NCBI GenBank assembly: GCA_964354335.1 | Contig: CAYGZJ010000001.1 | Span: 1-38,580, forward strand | Origin: an uncultured Planctomycetales bacterium | Lineage (GTDB): Bacteria; Omnitrophota; Gorgyraeia; Gygaellales; Profunditerraquicolaceae | DNA length: 38,580 nucleotides | Direction of reading: 5' to 3' | Part shown: positions 17,311 through 25,890 of the stretch, piece by piece | How positions within the stretch are numbered: the first letter of the stretch is position 1 | How the letters are laid out: the number at the start of each line of letters is the position of its first letter | Translations under genes and position numbers: made by a program | Notes under the pieces: model-generated | The model's input: the letters and a program-made list of their open reading frames with translations, nothing else | The model's database searches: none | Told to the model about the DNA's origin: nothing

Positions 17311-17745
17311 TTAAGAAAAAAGCTCGCGCACTGATTTTCTGCTGAAGAACATATAGAAAAAAACCGGCAGGAAAATCAAAACGATGATACGCAAAATCAA
17401 CGGTACTATTCTTATCGGGAACGTCGGCATCAGATTCTTGGCATGGGCGATAGCGAACACCATCACCCCGCTGACAAGCAGGCCGAATAAAATGGAAACA
17501 GCGCAAAAAACATACAGGGAGTAGCGCGCCCAATGCTTACGATAGAGTATCCCGATACCGGTTACCACAAACCAGATGATAAAAGGGGTTACGGCGTAAA
17601 GAAAGCTATGCGGATCAAAATTTTTCGGAAGCTTGTCTTTAATGGACTCTATGAAGGAAACTGCCATTAGCGAAACCCGCAGAAAATACAACCCGGCAAA
17701 AACAAGATATAAGCCTGTAGCTATAATGATTATTTTTTTTGCCAT
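17311..17745 (-). CDS. Hypothetical membrane protein (about 4 TM)
   Basis: 144 aa, hydrophobic. It ends 3 nt before the next gene. Confidence 0.5.
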   Translation of the reverse strand: MAKKIIIIATGLYLVFAGLYFLRVSLMAVSFIESIKDKLPKNFDPHSFLYAVTPFIIWFVVTGIGILYRKHWARYSLYVFCAVSILFGLLVSGVMVFAIAHAKNLMPTFPIRIVPLILRIIVLIFLPVFFYMFFSRKSVRELFS

Positions 17746-17756
17746 TTTCTATCCCT

Positions 17757-17969
17757 TTACCAGAGGTTCTTTTTTATCCAGGCATCCAGGCCATTAGCGC
17801 CTAAGAAAGTATTGTAATCGCATTTAGCGCCTTCAGCAGCGCCAACCGCTGCCCCTGTCATTGCCCCTACGCCTGCACCGGCAGCTGTGCCTACCGCAGT
17901 AGCGCAGCCACTCGCAAGAACAACCAAAAAAGAGAATGCCACCACCAGCAATCCCGCTTTCCTAATCAT
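17757..17969 (-). CDS. Small glycine-zipper lipoprotein
   Basis: It has lipobox LASGC followed by GTAAGAGVGAMTGAAVGAAEGA. I place the start at the ATG at 17969, which has AAGGAG upstream. The ORF track start at 17996 would overlap gltX. Confidence 0.55.
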   Translation of the reverse strand: MIRKAGLLVVAFSFLVVLASGCATAVGTAAGAGVGAMTGAAVGAAEGAKCDYNTFLGANGLDAWIKKNLW

Positions 17970-17983
17970 CCCTACTCCTTTTT

Positions 17984-19288
17984 TTATCGTATCCACTTGC
18001 TCAAACGCTCTTTTGTCCGTTCCTTGCCCAAGTAGTATATCACTTCAAAAAGCCCCGGTCCAATAGTTTTTCCGGTAAGCGCCACGCGCAACGGATGGAT
18101 CAGCTCCTTGGATGAAATACCCAACTCAGCCACTAAAACCCGGAATACCTCTTCTATCGCGGCGATATTGAACTTGCCTTCGGCATACAAAACATCAAGC
18201 CGCTCTGAAAAAAGCTTAAATTCCCCGGATAGGTTTCCGGATAAATATTTTTGTTGCGCCTGTGGGTCGATATTGATCTCTTTTTGAAAGAAGAAATCCG
18301 CCCAGTCCACAAACTCATTGAGCCGTGTCAGGCGGGGTTGAAAAAGCTTGATGATAGTTAAAACATACTCTCTATCAAAGCCGTCCGCTTCAATATACTT
18401 CTTTTCCACAAGCTGCGGGAAAAGCTCATCAAGAAGCTTTTCCGGATTTTCTTCCTTAAGATACTGGTTGTTGATCCAGTCCAATTTCTTCATATCAAAG
18501 GTCGCCGCGGTCTTGTTAACATCAGTGATATCAAAGATTTTTATCGCTTCTTTAATATCAATCACTTCCCGGTTATCTCCCGGAGCCCAGCTTAACAGTA
18601 AAAGATAATTCATCAGAGCCGGAGCAAGGTAACCCATTTTGCGGTAATCCGAAATAGCCGTGGCCCCGGTGCGCTTGGAAAGCCTGCCCCCTTCAGCTCC
18701 CATAATAAGCGGCAGATGGGCGAACTGCGGCAGCGGATACCCAAGCGCCTCATAAAGAAGGATCTGTTTTGGCGTGTTGGAAATATGGTCATCTCCGCGG
18801 ATGACATGAGTGATGTCCATCAGCGCGTCATCTACGACGCAGGCGAAATTATAGGTAGGCGTTCCGTCGGACTTTATAAGCACCTGGTCCTTTATCGTCT
18901 CGGCCTCAAATTCGATCTCTCCGCGGATCAGGTCCTTTACCGTTATTTTCTGGGGGGTCACTTTAAAGATTACCGCCTCCCCAGGCTTATCCGGAAGTTT
19001 TTCAGTATAGGCCTTGCCCTCTTTTAGTAATTTATCCGCCTGCTGACGATAGATATCAAAACGCCCACTTTGATAATAGATCTCATCCCAGTTAAAACCG
19101 AGCCAGGAAAGGCTTCCCAGGATCTCATCCACATATTCTTGCTTTGAGCGCTCGCGGTCCGTGTCCTCGATGCGCAAAACAAACTTTCCCCGCTTTGCCT
19201 GGATATAGAGCCAGTTAAAAAGCGCGGTGCGGCTGCCGCCGATATGTAAATTTCCCGTTGGCGAGGGGGCAAAACGGACTCTGATCAT
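17984..19288 (-). CDS. gltX: Glutamyl-tRNA synthetase
   Basis: 434 aa with the HIGH-type motif (PSPTGNLHIGG) and the KMSKS-type motif (RLSKR). Confidence 0.9.
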   Translation of the reverse strand: MIRVRFAPSPTGNLHIGGSRTALFNWLYIQAKRGKFVLRIEDTDRERSKQEYVDEILGSLSWLGFNWDEIYYQSGRFDIYRQQADKLLKEGKAYTEKLPDKPGEAVIFKVTPQKITVKDLIRGEIEFEAETIKDQVLIKSDGTPTYNFACVVDDALMDITHVIRGDDHISNTPKQILLYEALGYPLPQFAHLPLIMGAEGGRLSKRTGATAISDYRKMGYLAPALMNYLLLLSWAPGDNREVIDIKEAIKIFDITDVNKTAATFDMKKLDWINNQYLKEENPEKLLDELFPQLVEKKYIEADGFDREYVLTIIKLFQPRLTRLNEFVDWADFFFQKEINIDPQAQQKYLSGNLSGEFKLFSERLDVLYAEGKFNIAAIEEVFRVLVAELGISSKELIHPLRVALTGKTIGPGLFEVIYYLGKERTKERLSKWIR

Positions 19289-19815
19289 CGTAATCCCATT
19301 CCTTGTTCCAATGCGTTAATGTTAATGCTGATAAGGTCTAATTTGTCCGGCGGGGCGATCTTACGCATCACCTCAATAATGGTTTTTTCTTTAAGGATTT
19401 TCTTCTTGGTAAGATAATTTCCCAATGCGACCATGTTGGCGACTTTTATGTTGCCGAGCTTTATCGCGATATCCGTAAACGGATGCGCTATCACACGGCC
19501 ATCGGAGCCTTCAGAGACATCTACCAGGGAGCTGTTGATAAATAGCAGCCCGCCTTTTTCAAGCCGGGCTTTGAATCGCTGTAGCGACGGAGCGTTCATA
19601 ATGATCAGGATGTCGGCTTTCTTAACCCAGGGGGAGCCGATTTCTTTATCGGAGATGGTCACCATGCAGTGGGCGGTGCCGCCACGCACCTCTGCCCCGT
19701 ATGAAGGGATCCAGGTAACAAACTTTTTCTCCATCATCGCCGCTTCGGCAATGATCTTCCCCAGGAGCATGATCCCTTGTCCGCCTGAACCAGCTATAAT
19801 GATTTTTTCTATCAT
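19285..19815 (-). CDS. 2-oxoacid:ferredoxin oxidoreductase, gamma subunit
   Basis: 176 aa with the N-terminal IAGSGGQGIMLLGKI pattern of POR/KOR gamma subunits. The stop overlaps the gltX start (ATGA). Confidence 0.85.
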   Translation of the reverse strand: MIEKIIIAGSGGQGIMLLGKIIAEAAMMEKKFVTWIPSYGAEVRGGTAHCMVTISDKEIGSPWVKKADILIIMNAPSLQRFKARLEKGGLLFINSSLVDVSEGSDGRVIAHPFTDIAIKLGNIKVANMVALGNYLTKKKILKEKTIIEVMRKIAPPDKLDLISININALEQGMGLR

Positions 19816-19832
19816 AAGTATTTATGAATCAT

Positions 19833-19944
19833 AAATTCAAAGTCTAAAATTAAAAATATAAAACAAGCTTAAAGTCTAAAATTCAAATTTTAAAATTTAT
19901 ACTTTAACTTTGTTTTGATTTTTTTACTTTGAATTTTAAATTTA
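19833..19944. repeat. Family-A AT-rich palindromic intergenic element, copy A1
   Basis: The left arm carries aaattcaaagtctaaaat (19833-19850), identical to 24360-24377 and 31246-31263. The right arm carries ttttttactttgaatttt (19920-19937), identical to 31339-31356. The arms are imperfectly complementary. Confidence 0.85.
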
Positions 19945-19960
19945 ACGTACTTTATCCTCA

Positions 19961-20689
19961 TTACTTAATTCTACCCAAGGGGAATTCTTTAGTCATGCAA
20001 TCCTTTATCCAATCAAGAGACTCTTCGGGAGACAGCCCCCAGTATGTCGGACACGGTGATAATATTTCCACCATTGAAAACCCGACACGGTTAATCTGAT
20101 TTTGGAATGCCTCTTTTATCGCGCGCTTGGTCTTCAATATCTCCGGAACCGAATGCAGCGAGGTGCGGTTAATGTATTTTACTCCGGGTAAAAGCGCGAG
20201 CATCTTGGAAATATGCAGCGGATGGCCCTGTTCATGATGATCCCTGCCAAGCGGGGTAGTCGCGGTCTTCTGGCCCAGCAGCGTAGTAGGCGCCATCTGT
20301 CCGCCGGTCATGCCATAAACAGCGTTGTTGATAAAAACTACGGTCAGATTTTCTCCGCGGTTTGCCGCGTGGATAGTTTCATTGGTGCCGATAGCTGCTA
20401 AATCACCGTCTCCCTGATAAGTAAAAACGATGTTTTCCGGACGCACGCGTTTTATCGCGGTTGCCACTGCCAGGGCCCGGCCGTGCGCTGCCTCTGAACA
20501 GTCAAAATCCCAATAATCATAGGCGATGACTGCGCAACCGACCGGAGCTACGGCGATCACAATTTCCCGTATATCTAATTCATCCACTACTTCCGCTATA
20601 AGGCGATGTACAATACCGTGCCCGCATCCGGGGCAGTAATGCGTAGAGATGTCGCGCAATGATATTGTTCTGGAAAATACTTTTTCCAT
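19961..20689 (-). CDS. 2-oxoacid:ferredoxin oxidoreductase, beta (TPP-binding) subunit
   Basis: 242 aa with CPGCGHG near the N-terminus and the GDGD...NN TPP motif ([11 protein letters not shown]...[15 protein letters not shown]). Confidence 0.9.
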   Translation of the reverse strand: MEKVFSRTISLRDISTHYCPGCGHGIVHRLIAEVVDELDIREIVIAVAPVGCAVIAYDYWDFDCSEAAHGRALAVATAIKRVRPENIVFTYQGDGDLAAIGTNETIHAANRGENLTVVFINNAVYGMTGGQMAPTTLLGQKTATTPLGRDHHEQGHPLHISKMLALLPGVKYINRTSLHSVPEILKTKRAIKEAFQNQINRVGFSMVEILSPCPTYWGLSPEESLDWIKDCMTKEFPLGRIK

Positions 20690-20691
20690 AA

Positions 20692-20808
20692 TGTTATTTT
20701 CGTTGGGTTCGTTATTTTCGTTAGGTTCGTTAGGTTCGTTAGGTTCGTTAATGTCGTTTAAAAGTTTTAAACGAAACTGACGATAATAACGGTATTAACG
20801 AACTAAAC
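20692..20808. repeat. Family-B 'TCGTT' palindromic element, copy B1
   Basis: It has six tandem 9-mers ttcgttNNN (20699-20752), a centre cgtttaaaagttttaaacg, and then four inverted (a/g)acg(a/g)NNNN 9-mers. The last 14 nt overlap the alpha-subunit C-terminus and stop. Confidence 0.85.
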
Positions 20809-21850
20809 TATTTAATTTTTTAATAACCTCTTCTTCCGAAGGTATTCCACCTCCGGCCCTTCCAAGAAAAGCCACCGGAGCTTTTCCGTTAAGCGAAAGG
20901 CGTACGTCATCAAGCATCTGCCCGTAAGACATCTCAACAACCAAAAACTTAGCTGTTGGCTTGCGCTTGGCCAGCGCCTTTTCAGGAAACGGCCAGAGCG
21001 TTATCGGCCTTATGAGCCCGACTTTCTTGCCTTTTTCCCGCAGCCGCATCATGGCGCTTTTACAGATGCGCGCCATTGAGCCATAGGCGACCAAAATAAT
21101 CTTTGCGTCATCCACAAACAGGCTTTCCCAGTCCTGTTCTTTCTGTTTTATCTTTGCGTAAGTCTCTTGCAAAATAAGATTGAAGTCCTCAAGCTCAGTA
21201 TCACGCATAAAAAAAGACTTTACGATATTTGGTTTTCTTCCTTTACAGCCGGTCAGGGCCCATGGTTTTTTGACATTTTGAATTTTTAATTTTGAATTTT
21301 TAACCTGCAGAGGTTCCATCATCTGTCCAAGCATCCCGTCCCCTAAAATAATAACCGGATTGCGGTATTTGTCCGCCAGTTTAAAAGCCCTGAACATTAA
21401 ATCATAGGATTCCTGGACTGTTGATGGGGCAAGGACAATGCAATGATAATCGCCGTGTCCGCCTCCGCGCGTAGCCTGAAAATAATCCGATTGCGAAGGC
21501 AGGATATTGCCCAGGCCCGGGCCTCCCCGCATCACATTCACTATTACAACCGGAAGTTGAGCTCCGGCGATATATGATATCCCCTCCTGCTTCAGGCTCA
21601 TACCGGGGCTGGAAGATGAAGTCATGGAGCGCGCGCCCGCGGCAGCGGCACCAAAGACCATATTTATGGCAGCTAGCTCTGATTCTGCCTGAATAAAAAT
21701 ACAGTTTTTTAACGGCATATGCTTTGCCATATAGCCGGTAAGCTCGTTTTGCGGAGTAATGGGGTAGCCGGCATAAAAAGTGCATCCTGCGTCAATGGCG
21801 CCCTGCGCGACCGCCTCATTTCCACTCATTAAGATCCTAGTCTTATTCAT
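20795..21850 (-). CDS. 2-oxoacid:ferredoxin oxidoreductase, alpha subunit
   Basis: The sequence MNKTRILMSGNEAVAQGAIDAGC..YPITPQNE is typical of POR/KOR alpha. I prefer the ATG at 21850 over the TTG at 21865 used by the ORF track. Confidence 0.85.
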   Translation of the reverse strand: MNKTRILMSGNEAVAQGAIDAGCTFYAGYPITPQNELTGYMAKHMPLKNCIFIQAESELAAINMVFGAAAAGARSMTSSSSPGMSLKQEGISYIAGAQLPVVIVNVMRGGPGLGNILPSQSDYFQATRGGGHGDYHCIVLAPSTVQESYDLMFRAFKLADKYRNPVIILGDGMLGQMMEPLQVKNSKLKIQNVKKPWALTGCKGRKPNIVKSFFMRDTELEDFNLILQETYAKIKQKEQDWESLFVDDAKIILVAYGSMARICKSAMMRLREKGKKVGLIRPITLWPFPEKALAKRKPTAKFLVVEMSYGQMLDDVRLSLNGKAPVAFLGRAGGGIPSEEEVIKKLNSLVR

Positions 21851-21956
21851 AATTTTTAAACTCAAAGTCTAAAGCTCAAAAATCAAAGCAATTTTAAAAT
21901 TTAAATTTTAAAATTTGAACTTGTTTTGAATTTTGAGTTTTGAATTTTAAACTTAA
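21851..21956. repeat. Family-A palindromic element, copy A2
   Basis: ctcaaagtctaaagctcaaaaatcaaagc ... gttttgaattttgagttttgaatttt around a tttaaaatttaaattttaaaattt centre. Confidence 0.75.
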
Positions 21957-21976
21957 CTGGTAATTTACCATACTCT

Positions 21977-22180
21977 TTACTTATAAACTTCTATGCAGCA
22001 ATCCGGGCAGATAACCGCGCACAGCGCGCAACCCAGGCATTCCCCGCTATCCTTAAATTTCACCGGCTTAACCCCGCGAAGATTCAATTTGCTATCCGCG
22101 CTGATCAACTCCTTAGGACAGACGCTGATGCACAAAAGGCACCCTTTACATTTATCGCGATTAATGGTTATCTTTCCCAT
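21977..22180 (-). CDS. 4Fe-4S ferredoxin-type delta subunit of the oxidoreductase
   Basis: 67 aa with two CxxCxxCxxxCP motifs (CKGCLLCISVCP, CLGCALCAVICP). Confidence 0.85.
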   Translation of the reverse strand: MGKITINRDKCKGCLLCISVCPKELISADSKLNLRGVKPVKFKDSGECLGCALCAVICPDCCIEVYK

Positions 22181-22204
22181 AAATATTCGTTATAAGTTTA
22201 TATT

Positions 22205-24073
22205 TTAAACCAAGGCCCGGAATTGCATAACAGCTTTAATTTTATCCGCTATCCCCTGCCCGGTTAAACCATAATTGGTAAGCAAAAGCTCGCGTTTTCC
22301 GTGCGCGATGAACTCACAAGGCAGTCCGATCTTGACTACGGGACGCGATATCGCATCTTCTACCGCGCTGCCAAAACCTCCGGAAACAATCCCTTCTTCC
22401 GCGGTAAAGACGTATTTCGCTTTTTCCGATACTGCCTTAAACATATCCCCGTCCAAAGGCTTTGCAAAGCGGGCGTTGATAAGTTTGCCCGAAAAACCCT
22501 CTTTCTCAAGAAGCAACAATGCTTCCAGGCAAGTCATGACCATACTGCCTAAGGCAATAATCGCAAAATCTTTTCCCTCCCTGAGCAATTCCGCCCTCCC
22601 AAGGTCTATGGGATAAGTAGGGGCTCGCGGCACCGGACAGCTGGCACGGGGATAACGCAACGCCACCGGCCTATCTAACTGGACAGAAAACTCAAGCATC
22701 GCCTCAAGCTCAAGAGAATCTTTTGGAGCCATGACCACCATATTAGGAATACTGCTCATATAACTGATATCAAACAGCCCCTGATGCGTAACCCCGTCTT
22801 CTCCGACGATACCGGCGCGGTCGATAGCAAAAATCACTGACGCATCCTGCAGGGCGACGTCCTCAATAAGCTGATCGTATGAACGCTGCAGGAAAGTCGA
22901 ATATACCGCGACAACCGGCTTAAGGCCTGTCTTGGCAAGCCCGGCGGCAAAACATACGGCATGCCCTTCTGCGATACCCACGTCGAAAAACCTATCCGGA
23001 TACAGGTCGCGGAATTTATCCAGGCCGGTTCCCTCCGGCATAGCAGCAGTTATGGCAACGATTTTTTTGTCCCCCGCGGCCAGCGCGATCAATTTTTCGC
23101 TAAAAACCTCAGTATAAGATTTGGGGGAAGCGGCTTTATCTTTGGCTAAGCTTTCTCCGGTTTCCACATCAAAAGGGCCTGTGCCGTGAAAACGCACCGG
23201 ATCATTCTCTGCCGGCGCATAACCTTTGCCTTTCTGCGTGATCACATGCAAGATCTTCGGGCCCTTGATGGGAAGGATATTTTTAAGCGTATTCACCAGT
23301 AAATTCACATTGTGTCCGTCAAAAGGCCCGAAGTAGCGAAATCCTAATTCCTCAAAGAGCATCCCCGGGATAAAGAACCCTTTCAGGCTTTCTTCAAACT
23401 TATTCGCCAAAGAAAGGATCCTGCTTCCCTTAGGCATACGGGACTTGACGAAATCTTCCAGGGAATCCTTGAAACGGTTATACGCGGGCAAAGAAATGAT
23501 CTTGTTCAGATACGTGCTGATCGCGCCTACGTTAGGAGAGATGCTTAGTTCATTTGTATTTAAAACCACCAGGATGTCTTTTTTCAGGTGGCCGGCATTA
23601 TTAAGGCCTTCGAAGCAGAGCCCGCCGCTTAAAGATCCGTCTCCCACAACCGCGACCACTTTAAAGGGTGCTTCCTTGATGAGGTCGCGTCCTGCGGCAA
23701 GCCCCAGAGCTACTGAAACAGCGTTTGAAGAATGTCCCGCAGTAAAAATATCGTATTCTGATTCATTCTTTGAAGGAAACCCGCTGATCCCGCGGTATTG
23801 GCGCAGGGTAGCAAACTCTTTGTTTCTGCCCGTAAGTATTTTATGCGCGTAAGACTGGTGCCCTACGTCGAATACGATCTTATCCAGCGGGGTGTTCAGG
23901 CAGTAGTGCAGCGCGATAATAAGCTCAGTTGCTCCCAGGCTGGAAGCAAGATGGCCGCCGGTATTGGCCACTACCTCGACAAGGCGGCCGCGCACTTCCT
24001 GCGCCAGGGCAGGCAGTTTTTCAAGCGGGAGATTACGCAGATCTGCCGGAGATTGTATGGTATCTAGCAACAT
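22205..24073 (-). CDS. dxs: 1-deoxy-D-xylulose-5-phosphate synthase
   Basis: 622 aa with GGHLASSLGATEL, DVGHQSYAHKILTGR and the GDGS TPP motif. Confidence 0.95.
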   Translation of the reverse strand: MLLDTIQSPADLRNLPLEKLPALAQEVRGRLVEVVANTGGHLASSLGATELIIALHYCLNTPLDKIVFDVGHQSYAHKILTGRNKEFATLRQYRGISGFPSKNESEYDIFTAGHSSNAVSVALGLAAGRDLIKEAPFKVVAVVGDGSLSGGLCFEGLNNAGHLKKDILVVLNTNELSISPNVGAISTYLNKIISLPAYNRFKDSLEDFVKSRMPKGSRILSLANKFEESLKGFFIPGMLFEELGFRYFGPFDGHNVNLLVNTLKNILPIKGPKILHVITQKGKGYAPAENDPVRFHGTGPFDVETGESLAKDKAASPKSYTEVFSEKLIALAAGDKKIVAITAAMPEGTGLDKFRDLYPDRFFDVGIAEGHAVCFAAGLAKTGLKPVVAVYSTFLQRSYDQLIEDVALQDASVIFAIDRAGIVGEDGVTHQGLFDISYMSSIPNMVVMAPKDSLELEAMLEFSVQLDRPVALRYPRASCPVPRAPTYPIDLGRAELLREGKDFAIIALGSMVMTCLEALLLLEKEGFSGKLINARFAKPLDGDMFKAVSEKAKYVFTAEEGIVSGGFGSAVEDAISRPVVKIGLPCEFIAHGKRELLLTNYGLTGQGIADKIKAVMQFRALV

Positions 24074-24108
24074 CGGCTTTCTCTTTTACTTTCTAAGCTC
24101 TAAAAGTT

Positions 24109-24342
24109 TCAAGACTCACTAGGGGGATCAAATGGTTTGAGCTCAAATTCTCCCTTTTTATTCTTTACCAGAAGGTCTATTTTCTTTTTCGCATTATCCA
24201 GGCGCTGATTGCACAGGCGCGAGAGCTCTATTCCTTCCTGATACTTCTTCAGCGCCTCATCCAAAGAAAGGTCTCCCCCCTCCAAATCCTCAACGATCTT
24301 TTCCAGCTTCTTTAATGCCTCTTCGAATTTCATCTCAGCCAT
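24109..24342 (-). CDS. xseB: Exodeoxyribonuclease VII small subunit
   Basis: 77 aa. FEEALKKLEKIVEDLEGGDLSLDEALKKYQEGIEL is the canonical XseB pattern. A GGAGGA SD is present. Confidence 0.9.
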   Translation of the reverse strand: MAEMKFEEALKKLEKIVEDLEGGDLSLDEALKKYQEGIELSRLCNQRLDNAKKKIDLLVKNKKGEFELKPFDPPSES

Positions 24343-24358
24343 GTAGTATCCTCCGTGT

Positions 24359-24533
24359 TAAATTCAAAGTCTAAAATTCAAATTTTAAAACAAATTAAAA
24401 GTCTAAAGGTCAAAACATTTTAAATTTTAAGCTTTAACCTTGCTTTTCCCGCTACCCATCTAGTTCTAGGCGGGATCCCGCTCTCGATTTATATTGCTCG
24501 GCGGGAGAATTTTTTACTTTAGACTTTAAAATT
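24359..24533. repeat. Family-A palindromic element, copy A3, carrying a nested GC-rich insert
   Basis: The left arm includes the shared 18-mer (24360-24377). The right arm is ttttttactttagactttaaaatt. Between them, 24447-24506 holds two abutting TCCCGC-N17/19-GCGGGA hairpins. Confidence 0.8.
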
Positions 24534-24542
24534 ATCGCATAA

Positions 24543-25886
24543 CTAATCTTTCTTCTGAACAATCTGTGTTACAGTACTTACTACTTCTCCCTTATGCAAC
24601 CTGGTCTTAATACTTTCTCCCGCCTTCAGGCTGCCTGCGTCCTTAATGATCGCCTCATCCGGCATGCGAAAGGTAATGCTATATCCGCGGCCCAGGATAT
24701 TCAGCGGACTTAAGGAAGAAAGCTTTTCCGCCACCCCGCTAAACTCCGCATAGCGTAATTGCAAAAAGTGCTCCGCGCGCACGGCGATTTGTTTAGTCAT
24801 GGTAAGTAGTTTTTCCTTGTACTGCTGGATCAAAACAATCGGATTCAAAAGCGCCAGCTTCTTCTGCGCAGCCTCAAGCTCCCCGCTAGTCAACTTATAA
24901 ATATTTTCGGTATTAAGTTTCAGGCGGTGGATGAAATTCGTTATGGTGTCCTGTTCGGTTGCAATCAGATCCGAGAGCGAACGCGAAAGGTCATTAAGAA
25001 TACCGCTTAGCCGCGTTTTAAGTTCTTCTTTTTTAGGAACCACCAGTTCCGCGGCCACTGACGGGGTTGCCGCGCGCACATCCGCTACTAAATCCGCGAT
25101 GGTCCAGTCCCGCTCGTGTCCGACGGCAGAAACAATCGGGATCCTGGAATCATAAATCGCCCGGGCCACGACCTCCTCATTAAAAGCCCACAAATCCTCA
25201 ATGCTTCCCCCGCCTCTTCCTACAATTAAAACCTCGATACGCTCATCGGCTCGGACACTATCATTTAAAGCGTTAAATTCCCTGATCGCCTGGGCAATCT
25301 CTGTTTTAGCCGCTTCCCCTTGCACCTGCACGTGGTTTATCACGATATTTATGTCGCTAAACCGGCGGTCCAGGACTTTTAAGATATCGCGGATCGCCGC
25401 GCCCTGCGCAGAGGTCACTATTCCGATTCGCGATGGCAAATACGGGATCGGCCGCTTATGCTCCGGAGCAAAAAGGCCTTCCTTCTCCAGCTTTTTCTTC
25501 AGCTGCTCCAGGGCCAGCTGCAGGCTGCCGATGCCTTTGGGCTCAATTTTCTCGACGATAATCTGATAGTTTCCCCGCGGTCCGTAGGCGCTGATCTTGC
25601 CAAGACAAATAACCTTAAGGCCGTTCTCGACTTTGAATTTTAGCTCTTTATTGGCGCGGCTGAACATCGCGGCCGGCAGTACCGAGGTATCATCTTTTAA
25701 GGTAAAATAAAAATGCCCGGCGGCGGAAGGCTGAAAATTGGAGATCTCACCCTCGACCCAGATCTCAGGATAGGTGTTTTCTAATATTATCTTTATATCC
25801 TGGGCGATCTCGGAGACGGTGAAAATATGCTTTCCCTTGTCCGCCTTAAATGCCTCTTCAAAAAGATCCATTTCTTTTTCAGGCAT
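24543..25886 (-). CDS. xseA: Exodeoxyribonuclease VII large subunit
   Basis: 447 aa with an OB-fold N-terminus (WVEGEISNF..SGHFYFTLKD) and a catalytic core (RGGGSIEDLWAFN). Confidence 0.9.
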   Translation of the reverse strand: MPEKEMDLFEEAFKADKGKHIFTVSEIAQDIKIILENTYPEIWVEGEISNFQPSAAGHFYFTLKDDTSVLPAAMFSRANKELKFKVENGLKVICLGKISAYGPRGNYQIIVEKIEPKGIGSLQLALEQLKKKLEKEGLFAPEHKRPIPYLPSRIGIVTSAQGAAIRDILKVLDRRFSDINIVINHVQVQGEAAKTEIAQAIREFNALNDSVRADERIEVLIVGRGGGSIEDLWAFNEEVVARAIYDSRIPIVSAVGHERDWTIADLVADVRAATPSVAAELVVPKKEELKTRLSGILNDLSRSLSDLIATEQDTITNFIHRLKLNTENIYKLTSGELEAAQKKLALLNPIVLIQQYKEKLLTMTKQIAVRAEHFLQLRYAEFSGVAEKLSSLSPLNILGRGYSITFRMPDEAIIKDAGSLKAGESIKTRLHKGEVVSTVTQIVQKKD

Positions 25887-25890
25887 AACT

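Noticed and set aside
17246-17533. 95-aa minus-strand ORF overlapping two membrane-protein genes
   Set aside because: It is out of frame across a gene junction, has a Cys/Arg-rich atypical composition and lacks an SD.
17984-19288. GluRS looking short (434 aa), which might indicate truncation
   Set aside because: Both class-I signature motifs and a C-terminal helical region are present. The ORF is bounded by tight operon junctions. I cannot judge length variation without an alignment.
20699-20752. Tandem 9-bp arrays (also 28493-28546) and the 21-bp array at 16231-16335 as CRISPR arrays
   Set aside because: The units are far too short, are contiguous without spacers, and no cas genes are present. 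They are iteron-like or coding tandem repeats.
21851-21865. TTG start for the oxidoreductase alpha subunit
   Set aside because: The five extra codons lie inside repeat element A2. The ATG at 21850 gives a typical alpha-subunit N-terminus. Neither start has an SD, so this remains uncertain.
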